NCBI GenBank assembly: GCA_965112155.1
Contig: OZ218107.1
Length of the DNA stretch: 64,000 nucleotides
Direction: 5' to 3' (one strand)
Origin: Podarcis liolepis
Lineage: Eukaryota
Shown piece by piece: positions 62,369 through 64,000 of the stretch. How positions within the stretch are numbered: the stretch's first letter is position 1; each line of letters begins with the position of its first letter. A program made the translations under genes and the position numbers. The notes under the pieces were generated by a model, which saw only the letters and a list, made by a program, of their open reading frames with translations, did no database searches and was not told the DNA's origin.

Positions 62369-63374
62369 CCTTTGTTCTTCTGGTTGAGCTTCTTTAGGAA
62401 TGCATGAGTGACTTCAAGGGCTTCCTTCTCTTTTAACAGCAGGTTCCCTGAAGTGTTGCACTTCAGGTCAATCCAGTCTGTCCGCAGCACCTGGAAGTCC
62501 AAGTTACTTGCCCTGAAAGTCTGCTGCCAGTTGACTAGTTGGTCAAATGCAGGCATGTAACGAAACTCCTCTTCTTCATTTACCTCCCCTTCCACCTCCT
62601 CCTCTTCTTCTTCCTCCTGTTCCTCAACCACCACCACTTTTTCTTCATCCTCCACCTTGTGCACTGTTGGCTGGGCAGAATCAGTCCTGACAGGTGGCTG
62701 GGGATCCAGATCCACTCTTCCTAAAATGACATTTGCAGCATCTGCCGCCTTGTGCTGGGCTATATACGAATCTACTTGGTTAAGCCATTGGTCCTCATGA
62801 GCAGGCTGTTCCCGGAGGGCTGCCTTCCCTGCTCCTTTGTCAAGCACCTGGGATTGCCTCCTTGTTTTTGTGGTTTCTAATGATGACAGGTCCATGTTTC
62901 CGTTTGCATTAAAAACCAAGGTCTCTCTTGGGATACTTCCAGCTGAATCCTTGCGACTGATGGGATTTTGTTCCCCAATCGCTTTGGTCCTTTTGTTAGT
63001 CTGCATGCCTTCATCTCCTCCTTTCCTCTTGGTAGCTGGCAACTCATGGGCACTTCTGTCACGGAGAGGAGAGTTCTCTTGGTTTCTGCTGTTCAGATAC
63101 AGCCTTCCTACTGGTGAATTTATTTCTGGGATGGTTTTATTGTTGGTCTGGTCGACCAATGTCATTACCCGCTTTTTAGCAGCTTTGCTCTGTGTACCTT
63201 TTCCAGCTACTGACAGGAGAGTCCGAGGCTTTAGTGGGGAATAATCATAAACATTGGCGTACTCAGCTGCCAGGATGGAACCACTTTTCACTTTGGGTCT
63301 GGAGGAGCTTAATGGAGGATGCACGTCATCTGGGTCTTCATACTGAGCATCATCAAAATTTTCTCCTTCATAGC
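62369..63374 (-). CDS. B4GALNT3: Beta-1,4-N-acetylgalactosaminyltransferase 3, large stem-region exon (1006 bp)
   Basis: Acceptor ttttcag at 63375 and donor GG|GTAAG at 62368. Low-complexity acidic stem followed by conserved [30 protein letters not shown]. Confidence 0.93.
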
Positions 63375-63823
63375 CTGAAAAGATCGAACACAATTACATA
63401 TCTTGTGCCTTGGTTGTTGTTGTTTTTTTCTTTCTCTCTCTCTTCTTAATTTTGAAGTAATTCTTAACTCAACTTACATGGTGACCAGGGCTTCATACAG
63501 ACCATACATTTAAGGCACATGGCTTCCCCCAAAGAATCCTGGGAACTGGTGTTTCCCCCTCACAGAGCTATCGTTCCCAGCACCTTTAACAAACTACAGT
63601 TCCCATGACTATTTGGGGGAATTCATGTGCTGTAAAGGTACAGTGTTTATGCAGCCTGAATGTACTGCAAAGTGCAATACCGGTGAGACTCCAGCCATCT
63701 ATCATCTTAATTTCCAGAGGCATCCATATATAAAAAGTTAGCATATACAAATTTGTGTCATGAACCTGTGCCCCAAGTCTATAGGTGAAAAAATACAGGC
63801 ACCCCAGGTTTCGCTTTTGATGC

Positions 63824-63963
63824 ATTTAGCCCAGTGGGTAGGGCATGAGACACTTTATCTCAAGGTTGTGGGTTTGAGCCCCACATTGGGCATTGCATTG
63901 CAGGGGGTTGGAATAGATGACCCTCATGGTCCCTTCCAGCTCTGCAATTCTATGATTCTATAA
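63824..63963 (+). mobile_element. Short SINE with tRNA(Lys)-like head and CR1 3' tail
   Basis: ttagcccagtgggtagggcatgagac..ggtttgagccccacattggg joined to ggggttggaatagatgacc..ttctatgattcta. Confidence 0.75.
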
Positions 63964-64000
63964 TTGTTGCATTTTGGACAGGGGGTGGACATGCTTCCAT

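Noticed and set aside
62837-63244. Plus-strand ORFs over the large B4GALNT3 exon, and 44927-45442 over Gypsy pol
   Set aside because: Antisense shadows of real coding sequence.

Overview
Vertebrate genomic DNA, almost certainly from a lacertid lizard, judged by its Sauria/Squam SINEs, CR1 LINEs and Tigger/hAT MITEs. It holds the complete coding region of NINJ2 on the + strand: exons at 5621-5653, 46653-46884 and 49868-50037 give 144 aa, intron 1 is about 41 kb, and exon 4 is non-coding. The last seven coding exons of B4GALNT3 lie tail-to-tail on the - strand (63374 down to the stop at 54850). All splice sites are GT-AG with consistent phases. The rest is repeat-rich intron. The most interesting object is a ~1.25 kb chromovirus (Ty3/Gypsy) fragment at 44257-45511 (-). 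After a chromodomain that lacks two aromatic-cage residues, its integrase tail carries helix-acidic-FxGF motifs (FWEEQFGTTDDEEDFVGF, plus a second frameshifted copy ending FRGF). These resemble the host motif that binds LEDGF/p75-type TFIIS N-terminal domains, and the reading frame appears to run on into the LTR. This suggests a possibly undescribed integration-targeting strategy, but it is an inference that needs testing. Most ORFs in the supplied track are spurious.
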